Positions 1 to 8,665 of a stretch of 24,572 bases of DNA are shown piece by piece. The position numbers were made by a program, and so were the translations under genes. The DNA lies in the IMG/VR virus record IMGVR_UViG_3300017912_002326, positions 1-24,572 of that record. One strand, written 5' to 3'. Each line of letters starts with the position of its first letter. The stretch's first letter is position 1. The notes under the pieces are model-generated. The model was not told the origin of the DNA. It saw only the letters and a list, made by a program, of their open reading frames with translations, and searched no databases. This DNA is from a virus. Its lineage: Duplodnaviria; Caudoviricetes.

Positions 1-130
1 AAATACAAAGACAAAGCCTGCTCCATGTAGTAAGCGTTATAAGTACTTCAAAGGGAACGAGATGGCCTTTTTAAAAATATAGTTGTAAGGAAATCAAATA
101 TGATGGCTCATCCTGATTTTGACCTGTATA

Positions 131-140
131 TATATAACAC
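131..140 (-). promoter_or_regulatory. Putative late promoter GTGTTATATA pointing to the left edge
   Basis: Variant of the repeated motif just after the stop of 146..652. Confidence 0.45.
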
Positions 141-145
141 ATGAA

Positions 146-652
146 TTAGACTTTGTTTAATGATACACCTGTAAAATTATACCCTCTATTTTTACCTTTG
201 TACCAATTATCATGTGGAGTAAGGTATTTGTACTCCCATAATTGAGGATGCAATTGTTTCACTTCATCTGCTTTATATACCGAATGATAAATACCACCTC
301 TCCATTCTTTATAAAATTCTTTATCAGGCCGAATCTTTGTTACAGGTTCCCATTCATCTTGATAAAATTTATCCATATAAGCACAATCTATTAATAATTT
401 GTTCTCAAATCCTTTTTGTATCATTTCAGTAAACATATTAGATAAATCATTTAGAGAGTGTTTAAGAGGGTTTTGTATTAAGAACACATCAGTATCCCAA
501 GTTGGTGAGAACTGTTCTATAACATTACCCACAACCCACCAGTCGTTCAAATCAAAAGATAATTTATCTCTCCATCTTCTGATAGTATCTTTATCTGGTC
601 TATTCCACGGCGTATGTGTAGAAACTCCACCATATCTTGTAAAAAAGTTCAT
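146..652 (-). CDS. Nucleotidyltransferase-fold-like protein (168 aa)
   Basis: WWVVGN-x9-DTDVFL plus distal LLIDC matches the Pol-beta-superfamily hG-x9-13-DhD...hD pattern. Confidence 0.55.
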   Translation of the reverse strand: MNFFTRYGGVSTHTPWNRPDKDTIRRWRDKLSFDLNDWWVVGNVIEQFSPTWDTDVFLIQNPLKHSLNDLSNMFTEMIQKGFENKLLIDCAYMDKFYQDEWEPVTKIRPDKEFYKEWRGGIYHSVYKADEVKQLHPQLWEYKYLTPHDNWYKGKNRGYNFTGVSLNKV

Positions 653-659
653 AAAATGC

Positions 660-690
660 TTGGATATATCAATTATTTTTTGTATATTTG
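660..690 (+). promoter_or_regulatory. Bacteroidota sigma-A-type promoter driving the SET gene
   Basis: TTG (660-662) - 20 nt - TATATTTG (683-690) matches the -33 TTG / -7 TAnnTTTG consensus. Confidence 0.7.
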
Positions 691-698
691 TATAACAA
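689..698 (-). promoter_or_regulatory. Putative late promoter TTGTTATACA upstream of 146..652
   Basis: Intergenic match, overlapping the opposite-strand host-type promoter. Confidence 0.45.
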
Positions 699-721
699 AT
701 AAATTTAAATATATATGAAAA

Positions 722-1057
722 GTGAATTATAGACCTTTACCGAAACAACTTACGATTAAACAATCTAATATAGAAGGATTGGGTTTGTACTCAACTGAAT
801 TATTAGCACAACAAACCTTTTTAGGAATTACTCATGTACCAAATGATAAATTTGAAAACGGATATATCAGAACACCATTAGGTGGATTTATAAATCATAG
901 TGATACTCCGAATTGTGAAGTAAGAGAAGATGAAGATGGTAATCTAATGTTGTTTACACTTAGAGAAATCTTACCAAATGAAGAATTAACACTAATATAT
1001 AATTTATATAAGATTACCTCTCAGGAACACAGTTCGGGACCATTCTACCACCTTTAG
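722..1057 (+). CDS. SET-domain (lysine methyltransferase-like) protein
   Basis: SNIEGLGLYS, GFINHSDTPNC, EILPNEELTLIY signatures; GTG start uncertain. Confidence 0.9.
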   Translation: MNYRPLPKQLTIKQSNIEGLGLYSTELLAQQTFLGITHVPNDKFENGYIRTPLGGFINHSDTPNCEVREDEDGNLMLFTLREILPNEELTLIYNLYKITSQEHSSGPFYHL

Positions 1058-1307
1058 GTTTTAACCCAATAGCGATATATCCATCTTCACAAGGATTAGG
1101 TTCTATAAGTTCTTCTTTTCTGTTTATATCAGCAAGTTTCTGATTTACGATTTGTTGTGTAGTTTTTTTCATATTTCTATTTTCCCATGTTGTATTACAA
1201 ATTGCGAAAGCTTGGTCTTGTGGTTTACCACTACCAACTTCTACTTCCATACATGATTGTATAAAAGAATCTTTATCTTTGAATCTATTTGGATTAGGTA
1301 TCGGCAT
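1014..1307 (-). CDS. Small Cys-containing two-module phage protein (97 aa)
   Basis: MPIP...FIQSCM...QAFAIC..W and PCEDGYIAIGLKPKGGRMVPNCVP modules. Confidence 0.75.
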   Translation of the reverse strand: MPIPNPNRFKDKDSFIQSCMEVEVGSGKPQDQAFAICNTTWENRNMKKTTQQIVNQKLADINRKEELIEPNPCEDGYIAIGLKPKGGRMVPNCVPER

Positions 1308-1309
1308 AG

Positions 1310-1651
1310 TTATCTTACTTTATAAAATTGATTTGCATCTAAATCTTTTATCTTATCAACGGTCCTGAGGACAATTGTCCTCCATTCACCATTGTTTGTT
1401 TGAGACCTCATAACCCATTGTCCTTTTTGTTTGTATCTTGGGTTACCACTCTTTCTACCTGTTGGAAAGCCTGTTCTCATTACTCTTCTCATACGAGAAC
1501 CATCTAACTTTGTAGACCATACTCTAAGAAGTTTTCTACTCTTTATAAGTTCAGTCATCTCTTGACGAGTAAGGGTAATGGTGGGTTTAGCAAACATATG
1601 TTCTTTATCTGCTAGTTTTTCCATTACTCTTCTGTGTTTACTCGTTAACAT
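1310..1651 (-). CDS. Basic SH3/WYL_2-like beta-barrel protein (113 aa)
   Basis: VWSTKLDGSRMRRVMRT...GEWRTIVLRTVDKI resembles the K.DG..R...T...WR motif of WYL_2-type domains. Confidence 0.5.
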   Translation of the reverse strand: MLTSKHRRVMEKLADKEHMFAKPTITLTRQEMTELIKSRKLLRVWSTKLDGSRMRRVMRTGFPTGRKSGNPRYKQKGQWVMRSQTNNGEWRTIVLRTVDKIKDLDANQFYKVR

Positions 1652-1663
1652 CTCTCTCCTATC

Positions 1664-1825
1664 CTATTTTCCGAACCACCCACTCTTTTTTACTAACCAC
1701 TTACCAACGAGACCTCCTATACCACCAACTAATCCTAAAAAGAATGCTAGTCCTACTTCGTATAAAGTCATCGTCCACAATGATGTGATTGTGAATCCAC
1801 TTAAAAATGATATCTTGTTATCCAT
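1664..1825 (-). CDS. Small membrane protein, holin-like (53 aa; start revised to ATG at 1825)
   Basis: MDNKISFLSGFTITSLW...LAFFLGLVGGIGGLVGKWLVKK; starts 1 nt after the protease stop; hydrophobic with a basic C-terminus. Confidence 0.55.
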   Translation of the reverse strand: MDNKISFLSGFTITSLWTMTLYEVGLAFFLGLVGGIGGLVGKWLVKKSGWFGK

Positions 1826-1826
1826 A

Positions 1827-3032
1827 TTATTCATCTGTTGGGTGAGTATCACAAGGCATCCAATATGATTCACCTGTATCTATTTTATGTTCATGTGAAC
1901 CACTACAACCAATCATGATTGCAACTTTCTCAGCCATCTCTTTCGTTGGGAAAAGAATTTTTCTTACATCATCATCCATATAAATGTTTGCTCTTTTCAT
2001 TGGAGTTTCTATAATGTAATCTTCATCAGATATCTCACCAGGATATGTAGAACTTGGTATTGATGGTTGAGGTGCTTTTGGTACTTGGTTTTCTTCTAAC
2101 TCTCCTAATTCTCTTAACTTATTTCTACTCCAACCCAATGCAGCTAAACCACCCCAAAGTAAATACGAAATATTACCACAAGCAGTAGAATCATTTTGTT
2201 TCTCTCTATATACTGATTCTGCTCTTGATAAATAAGAATACATTCTCTTAATCGTTTGTAATGATATCGGTCTACCTTGAGCTAATTGTTGTGCTCTTAC
2301 TTTTCCTACCGGTGTTGCACATTTGTTACCACTCTTCTCATTTAACTCAATACCTTTTTTAGCATTGTTCTTAACACCTTGTGGATAATCTGAGTAAGAT
2401 TCTAACTCTATTCTTTTATTATCTTTATATCTTTTATCTTCTTTTACGATTCTTCTTATTTCGTTTAGTAGATATTCTGCTTCTTCTTCAAGTATTGTAT
2501 CTAAACTTACCGAACTTGCTTTTACTAAATCATGAGTAAACAAACCTTCTATACTAAAGCCTTTCACTTCACCATTCTTCACATAATCATTCCATATCTC
2601 ATCATTATCAATCTTAAACATTCCTACCCATGTTCCAACAGGTAAATTTAATCCATAAGAGTTTGATTTATCTAACTTAGAAGTTTTAATCCATGATTCT
2701 ACAAGTGTAACACCTGATACTTTATCTTCGTGTTCTAAGGTTGCTTTAGATTGATATCCTTTTTTAAGATATCCTTGTGCAAGTTTCTCTACTGTCTGAG
2801 GTGAAAAGAATACTTCATATCCTTTACCTTCACCATCTACTCTAAAAATCTTTTTATTAGGAATTAATACAGGTCCTACTACAATTCTCTTTTCTGTATC
2901 TATCTTCTTGAATTGTACTTTTTCTTTATCGAACCAAACAAAGTTACTTTCTATCGCGGGGTCCTCCACCAACGAGATAGCAAATACCTCATCCATTAAT
3001 TCATCATCTATTGTAAGTTCAAATAGTTTCAT
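1827..3032 (-). CDS. XkdF-like prohead serine protease with two appended domains (401 aa)
   Basis: KRIVVGPVLIP, TLEH, PVGTW, GEVKGFSIEG; then YSDYP...ISYLLWGG domain; C-terminal AEKVA..IGCSGSHEH...WMPC (DUF3721-like). Confidence 0.75.
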   Translation of the reverse strand: MKLFELTIDDELMDEVFAISLVEDPAIESNFVWFDKEKVQFKKIDTEKRIVVGPVLIPNKKIFRVDGEGKGYEVFFSPQTVEKLAQGYLKKGYQSKATLEHEDKVSGVTLVESWIKTSKLDKSNSYGLNLPVGTWVGMFKIDNDEIWNDYVKNGEVKGFSIEGLFTHDLVKASSVSLDTILEEEAEYLLNEIRRIVKEDKRYKDNKRIELESYSDYPQGVKNNAKKGIELNEKSGNKCATPVGKVRAQQLAQGRPISLQTIKRMYSYLSRAESVYREKQNDSTACGNISYLLWGGLAALGWSRNKLRELGELEENQVPKAPQPSIPSSTYPGEISDEDYIIETPMKRANIYMDDDVRKILFPTKEMAEKVAIMIGCSGSHEHKIDTGESYWMPCDTHPTDE

Positions 3033-3035
3033 ACT

Positions 3036-3045
3036 TATTTAACAA
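3036..3045 (-). promoter_or_regulatory. Putative late promoter TTGTTAAATA, 3 nt before ATG
   Basis: TTGTTAAATA-AGT-ATG; same spacing as at 4763. Confidence 0.5.
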
Positions 3046-3065
3046 TTTTAATTCAATTTATACCA

Positions 3066-4625
3066 TTATCCAAATGATGCTGCTGAATTAGTTCTTCTAT
3101 CTAATGCCTGAGTTGATGATACTTTTGTACTAACTACATAAGCCTCAACAGGTCTTTGTGATGATTCAGCAATTGTTGCAGCAATCTGTGCACCGGTATC
3201 ACCTTCTCTAACCGCAGATGTTTCAATCTGTGGTACAGGTGTTGAAGCTGCTGGTGGAGCACTTCCACCTCCTCCTGCACCTCTTAGGTTTGTTCCTGGT
3301 GGTTTAGGTACTTTTTGTGATAATATCTTTTTAACATTTAATAAACCAGCCGCGATTACCACACCCGCTGCAATAGCTCCAAATGGAGGTGGGTAAGTTG
3401 CAAGAGCGAGAGTAGCACCTTGATAAGTGTTAATAGTTGCTTGTGCAACTGCTAAAGCCTTACCAGCAACGGTATTCTCACCAACTGCTTGAGCTACAGC
3501 TCCAAGAGCATCACCAATAACTTGTAATTTTGCTTGTTGTTCTTGTAAGTTTATTTCTTGTGATACTTCTGATGTTTTCTCTTGTTGTTTAAGTGATAAA
3601 CCATCAAATTTCTTTTGTACCTTCAATCCTTCTACACCTTGTACTCCTTTTGCCTTGATTGTAGATACAACTGTGTTCTTATCGAATTGTTGTTTTATCT
3701 TAAGTAAATCACCATAGTATTCACTTTCTAAAGCAGTAAAATCTGTATATCCAGCTTGTTTAAGAATCTTCAGTTCTTCATTGAACCTCATCTCTCTTTC
3801 TTTCAGTGCTCTTTCTCTTTCTGAAAGTATAGATAATTCTGCTTCTAATTGGATACGAGCAGCTTGTTCTCTGATTCTTGCAATCTCATCTGCTTCTCTT
3901 TGAGCAGCATCAATTCTTTTTTGTGATTCTTCTTCAGCTACCTTTGTTAACTCTTCTTGTCTTGTTTGTTCTTCTTCGTAAGATTTCTGTAATACCTCTG
4001 ATGAGTTTCTACTTGCTTCTTCTATCTTTCCTTCTGATATACCTAAGAATCTAGCAAATCTACTAAATCCATTACCAACTAATTCTAATAAATCAGCAAA
4101 TTTTTCAAAGATTGGTAAAGCAACTTTTTCGATTACTGCAAATACAGGTCCTAATATCTTACCAAATGCTGCAGAGATTCTGTTAAGAGTTTCTTGACCT
4201 TCAGATGTTTTGGTTAACGATTCTCTCATCGCGAGGAATGCTCCCGCGATTGCAGTTACAACTGCTATGATTGGGTTAGCCATAAACACTTTAAGTGTTC
4301 CTCTTAATCCATCGAGAGAACCACCAACAAGCCCGATTACACCTGGTTGTTCAGCAAGAGCTTCTGTGAATCTACGAGATGCTATTTCTACATCCTCTTG
4401 TCTATCTCGTAGTTCTTTAATTTCTTTTTGTAATACCTTAAACTTCTTTGCATCTTTGACAGGGTCTAACTTACCTAAAGCATCTTCTGTTTCACCAATC
4501 GCTTGATTAAGTGTATCGAAGTTACCAACAGAGGTTTGTACTGCTCTATTTAAAACATCAACATCTTGTACACCTCGTGTATCTACATCAATTACTGCAT
4601 TATATGTTACGGTATTTTCTGCCAT
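3066..4625 (-). CDS. Tape measure-like protein, short (519 aa)
   Basis: All-helical; coiled coils; hydrophobic segments NPIIAVVTAIAGAFLAM and PPPFGAIAAGVVIAAGLLNV; Ala/Gly-rich. Confidence 0.75.
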   Translation of the reverse strand: MAENTVTYNAVIDVDTRGVQDVDVLNRAVQTSVGNFDTLNQAIGETEDALGKLDPVKDAKKFKVLQKEIKELRDRQEDVEIASRRFTEALAEQPGVIGLVGGSLDGLRGTLKVFMANPIIAVVTAIAGAFLAMRESLTKTSEGQETLNRISAAFGKILGPVFAVIEKVALPIFEKFADLLELVGNGFSRFARFLGISEGKIEEASRNSSEVLQKSYEEEQTRQEELTKVAEEESQKRIDAAQREADEIARIREQAARIQLEAELSILSERERALKEREMRFNEELKILKQAGYTDFTALESEYYGDLLKIKQQFDKNTVVSTIKAKGVQGVEGLKVQKKFDGLSLKQQEKTSEVSQEINLQEQQAKLQVIGDALGAVAQAVGENTVAGKALAVAQATINTYQGATLALATYPPPFGAIAAGVVIAAGLLNVKKILSQKVPKPPGTNLRGAGGGGSAPPAASTPVPQIETSAVREGDTGAQIAATIAESSQRPVEAYVVSTKVSSTQALDRRTNSAASFG

Positions 4626-4759
4626 TATATTCTTTTAAATAAATTTTTTACTCCATTCCAAGAGTTAGGTATTTGATATTTACCTTTTGCAATATCTACA
4701 TCTTTTGAAAGTTTGTAGAAATCTCCTTCTTGTAGTAAATCTATTATATTCTTTAACAT
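4625..4759 (-). CDS. Small protein missed by the ORF track (44 aa)
   Basis: MLKNIIDLLQEGDFYKLSKDVDIAKGKYQIPNSWNGVKNLFKRI*; fills the gap exactly; stop overlaps the tape-measure start (TAATG). Confidence 0.8.
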   Translation of the reverse strand: MLKNIIDLLQEGDFYKLSKDVDIAKGKYQIPNSWNGVKNLFKRI

Positions 4760-4762
4760 ACT

Positions 4763-4772
4763 ATTATAACAA
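4763..4772 (-). promoter_or_regulatory. Putative late promoter TTGTTATAAT, 3 nt before ATG
   Basis: TTGTTATAAT-AGT-ATG. Confidence 0.5.
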
Positions 4773-4784
4773 ATTGTTTCTTAT

Positions 4785-5309
4785 CTATTGGTTATCTAAT
4801 GAATCATCAATTATAGGTCCTAATAATTGTAATTTACATTCACCTGTTTTTAAATTGTACTCATTTATCGCTCTTAGATGGTAATGATTACCTCTAAAGA
4901 AAACAATATCATTTAACTCCATATCTACATAATCTGCAAATGGAATAACTGCAGAACCTTCAATCAATCTTGTTTTTGGGTCATACAACAAACTTACATA
5001 CTTACTCCAATAAGTTGAGTATATTGAGTTTGTAGCTATAGTACCTAACGCTGGTGTTTCGTTGAAAAACAAAAGAGAATCAGAATCAGAATCAGGTAAA
5101 TCTGATGCTGAACCTGTTGAATAATGGTCAAAATAAGGATAGAAATCAAATTGAGTTCCTACGCCTGAAAACTTACTTCTATTACCTTCAACATTATATT
5201 GATTCGTTTCTACTTTACCATTATAGAAAAAGACACGAGGTCTTACCTGAGCAGGGTCAAACTCTGCATTTGCTATAAAGGTTGGTATGAACATTTTATT
5301 TATTGCCAT
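4785..5309 (-). CDS. Tail-tip protein, probable C-terminal hub-type domain (174 aa)
   Basis: PRVFFYNG...YSTYWSKYVSLLYD...LNDIVF...INEYNLKTGECKLQLL. Confidence 0.6.
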   Translation of the reverse strand: MAINKMFIPTFIANAEFDPAQVRPRVFFYNGKVETNQYNVEGNRSKFSGVGTQFDFYPYFDHYSTGSASDLPDSDSDSLLFFNETPALGTIATNSIYSTYWSKYVSLLYDPKTRLIEGSAVIPFADYVDMELNDIVFFRGNHYHLRAINEYNLKTGECKLQLLGPIIDDSLDNQ

Positions 5310-5322
5310 AATATATTATTTT

Positions 5323-7443
5323 TTAAGATGTTGGACCTCCTCCACCAGTACAAGTTGTATAAGAATCATTTAGTACTTCAGCTGTAGCTGTATCTAACAA
5401 ATATACATCAGCTGATAAATTAGTTCTCATGAAATCTACACCTGTAATCGGTGAGTTACCAAACGCATCATAGTAAATTGTATCACCAACTGTTGGGTAC
5501 GAACCTGCACCATTGTGATATAATGTTGTAAATCCTGATGAACAAACTGCTAATAAGTTTGTAGATATTGCTCCTGTAAAAGAAGTTATATTTAAACCAC
5601 TTGCAGAACCCGTTACACCACTTCCAGCAACATATCTGAGAGGTGATGAACTAAATCCACTCTTAACTTCTAACTTACCCTCAGAGAAGAAATTTTGTGT
5701 ATCTCTAAAATAAGATTTACCAAACTCTCTGTTATTTTCTTTATTAAAATTCTGTGATAAGAAATCTAAATCAAGTGTATCTCCAAACTCTACTTCTCTA
5801 ACACCTAAGTTATTTGCTGGTATTACAGATATTCTTTGGTTTAAATCCATGTATTTATCAAAATTCTTAACCTCACCTTGTTTATACCAATTGTTAAATG
5901 TTTCTATAATAAAGTGTCTTGGTTTAGTTTTACTTGGATATATTTGTAAATTAAATTTCTTTTGTACAGATGCAATAAAATCTAAACAAGTGATACCATT
6001 TGTACCGAAAGGCATATTAGATGGTATATCTATTTCTAATAATTGACCTAAATCTTTTAATCTTTTTATTTCTATTTTAGATTGTGTATTACCTCCAGGT
6101 CCAATTGTTACATTTACTGTACCTACACCTCTTGTAATATATCCAATACCAAAATTATATTCAGAGCCTGATGCAAATGAAGCTCCTGTTCCTATTTGTT
6201 GTGTAAGTGTATATTCTTTTTCTCCACCACTTCTAACAAAATCTCGTCTAATTGTTTCAGTAATTTCTGTTAAATCAACTTCACTTTCTAAACCAATATT
6301 ATTAGGTCCACCAAATTGTGGAACAAAATAAAATTCAGGATAAGCTGTAGTATTATCAGAACCAGTAACAGCTATATTAAGAGTTATAAACATATCTGCT
6401 TCTGAAGTAGGTGGTTGGTCATTACTTCCCCAAAAAGGAGAATAAGTACCTGATGAATTTATAATAGAAAAAGATGGGTCATATAATACATTTGTAAAAT
6501 TTAAAGATGCAGAAACATTATTTGTTAATACTAAAGGAGTAGAAGAACCACTAATAGGTGATACTTCTATCTGTCCATATGTTTCTAAATCAACACCATC
6601 TATAATAGGAAATCTTTTACCTCTATCACAAAACAAATAAATGTTATCAAATTTAGATTCTTCTAAAAATGTTGATTCATATGTATATCCTAATTCATCA
6701 AAGATTGCATCTATAACTAAATCTAATCTAATCATAGGTTTATAATCTTGTGGTACAATATCACCACCATCTGATGTGTTAAAGGGTCCTGTTGTATTAT
6801 CTATACCAAAAATAGTTTGTGGTAAAACTGCTTGGTAAGCTATTTGTTGTCCACTATCATTTAAACTATATACAATCTCACCAGCTAAATTATGTCCATC
6901 TTGTGAAGATGTAAATATAGAATTATCATCCCATGTAGGATTTACTGAAACACCATCATATGATGAACCACTAAAAGAGTTTGCAATGTTACCCATTGTA
7001 AACAAGTGATTATACTTTGTTAATGTTCCTAAATCGTTAAGTGTAATATTTTGTAAATCTTTCTTAAATGAAGATAATAAACCATACAAAGAAACTTCGT
7101 ATGATTCTATATATTTGTTTTCTCTTAGGTTTACTTTCTCTAACTGCATGTATCCTTGTGATACATAAAATCCATCTAAATCAAACTGAGCAATTACTTT
7201 TTCGTTTGTTTTAAATAAGAATGGATTATCTACTGCGATATCATAAACATGCTGAAAGAATGCATTATTCTTCTTTGTACCTGGTATAGTTAACTGACGA
7301 GTAAAATCAGAAGGTAATTTACCTATATCAAATAAACCTGTTACATTATTGGAAAGATAGATTGTTTCATCTTGAAATAAATCTAATTCTGTTCCTCTTG
7401 CAATAAGTTTAAATACCTTATCTCTTCCACTTGTAATTGCCAT
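5323..7443 (-). CDS. Putative tail-tip hub protein, N-terminal part, ending in a Cys-bracketed domain (706 aa)
   Basis: LDLFQDE...SDFTRQLTIPGTKKNNAFF, DFIASVQKKFNL; position upstream of the tape measure. Confidence 0.6.
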   Translation of the reverse strand: MAITSGRDKVFKLIARGTELDLFQDETIYLSNNVTGLFDIGKLPSDFTRQLTIPGTKKNNAFFQHVYDIAVDNPFLFKTNEKVIAQFDLDGFYVSQGYMQLEKVNLRENKYIESYEVSLYGLLSSFKKDLQNITLNDLGTLTKYNHLFTMGNIANSFSGSSYDGVSVNPTWDDNSIFTSSQDGHNLAGEIVYSLNDSGQQIAYQAVLPQTIFGIDNTTGPFNTSDGGDIVPQDYKPMIRLDLVIDAIFDELGYTYESTFLEESKFDNIYLFCDRGKRFPIIDGVDLETYGQIEVSPISGSSTPLVLTNNVSASLNFTNVLYDPSFSIINSSGTYSPFWGSNDQPPTSEADMFITLNIAVTGSDNTTAYPEFYFVPQFGGPNNIGLESEVDLTEITETIRRDFVRSGGEKEYTLTQQIGTGASFASGSEYNFGIGYITRGVGTVNVTIGPGGNTQSKIEIKRLKDLGQLLEIDIPSNMPFGTNGITCLDFIASVQKKFNLQIYPSKTKPRHFIIETFNNWYKQGEVKNFDKYMDLNQRISVIPANNLGVREVEFGDTLDLDFLSQNFNKENNREFGKSYFRDTQNFFSEGKLEVKSGFSSSPLRYVAGSGVTGSASGLNITSFTGAISTNLLAVCSSGFTTLYHNGAGSYPTVGDTIYYDAFGNSPITGVDFMRTNLSADVYLLDTATAEVLNDSYTTCTGGGGPTS

Positions 7444-7444
7444 A

Positions 7445-8620
7445 TTAGAAAATTAGTTTATATCCTTGTCCTTGTGTGAAATCAAATGAGTACTGAATTA
7501 GTTTATCTACAACATGAGTCTTAATTCTAAAGTTTGTACTATCAATTGATAACGGTCTTACTGATTCGTTTGATTCATCATACACCCAATATATTTCATC
7601 ACTTGACATAAGTTGTTTAAATATATCGTTGTAATCTTCACTCACATAATCTGTATTCACTTGTAATTTTAAAGTGGAATCAGTAATATAATTTTGTATA
7701 GAACTCTCGTAGGCTTCATATGAGAGTGTTCTACTACTCCAAGAACCAATCTGTGGTTGATATCTACTTCTTTTTGTACTAAATGTTTCAGTACTAACTA
7801 AATTAAAGTTAAAATAATCAAACGCACCATATCTGTTTTTCCATTTGATTCTTACATTTGGATATTTCTTTGTACACTCATAATCAAATGTTATAGGTGA
7901 ACCTAAATCTGTTACACCATTCTGAGCTTGTATTGTAAATGTACCATTAGAACCACTTAATGGAAAATCACTTTCTTGATTACCGATTGGAAAATCTGCA
8001 ATCTGTGTTTGTGTTGTACCTGTTGTAGTTGGTAGAGTATAATATCCTGTACCACTATCATCAACATATTTTATTCTGTTCGGTATAGTTTCTCCACCAT
8101 TACTTCCAATCCATACACTCATTCTACCACCATTGGAATCAAAATAAGATTGAGATACAGGCCCATCAGTCATGATAGGCCAGTAATCGGATTTATTTTG
8201 TATCTCTTCGGTTATAGTTTCTTGAAATAATGAATACCCATCAATAGTTTTATATGTAGAACTCTTTACATGAGAACCTGTAAAGAATGAACTTGATGGT
8301 GATGTTTTATATTGTACATAAGAATCAATAGCAAAGTATCTAACAGAAGAACTTTCTGCAGCTAACAAATCAGTAAAGGTTGATGTTAAAACTCGTGATA
8401 AATCAAATATACCTGTTTTAGATTCGTTAGGAAACTTAACTAATGTATAGTTTGCTTCAGAACCACTATTTGTTTCACTACCTGAGAAGTAATACAACTC
8501 TGCAACATATTGTACAGATGATGATGTAAGTACTTCTGCAGAAGATTCACTTACTGCAAATACAATAGGTGATTGCGAAAGTGATACATTTGCTGGATTT
8601 TGTATAATACTAATTGCCAT
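7445..8620 (-). CDS. Putative distal-tail/tail-tip protein (391 aa)
   Basis: C-terminal KWKNRYGAFDYFNF...QLMSSDEIY...LIQYSFDF domain; position in the tail module. Confidence 0.55.
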   Translation of the reverse strand: MAISIIQNPANVSLSQSPIVFAVSESSAEVLTSSSVQYVAELYYFSGSETNSGSEANYTLVKFPNESKTGIFDLSRVLTSTFTDLLAAESSSVRYFAIDSYVQYKTSPSSSFFTGSHVKSSTYKTIDGYSLFQETITEEIQNKSDYWPIMTDGPVSQSYFDSNGGRMSVWIGSNGGETIPNRIKYVDDSGTGYYTLPTTTGTTQTQIADFPIGNQESDFPLSGSNGTFTIQAQNGVTDLGSPITFDYECTKKYPNVRIKWKNRYGAFDYFNFNLVSTETFSTKRSRYQPQIGSWSSRTLSYEAYESSIQNYITDSTLKLQVNTDYVSEDYNDIFKQLMSSDEIYWVYDESNESVRPLSIDSTNFRIKTHVVDKLIQYSFDFTQGQGYKLIF

Positions 8621-8633
8621 CTAAACTTTTTCT

Positions 8634-8643
8634 AATATAACAA
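8634..8643 (-). promoter_or_regulatory. Putative late promoter TTGTTATATT
   Basis: Intergenic match to the repeated motif. Confidence 0.5.
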
Positions 8644-8665
8644 AAAAGAAATGGTATATATTTGA

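Noticed and set aside
1826-1873. Track's N-terminal extension of the holin-like ORF
   Set aside because: Overlaps the protease C-terminus; ATG 1825 follows the stop directly.
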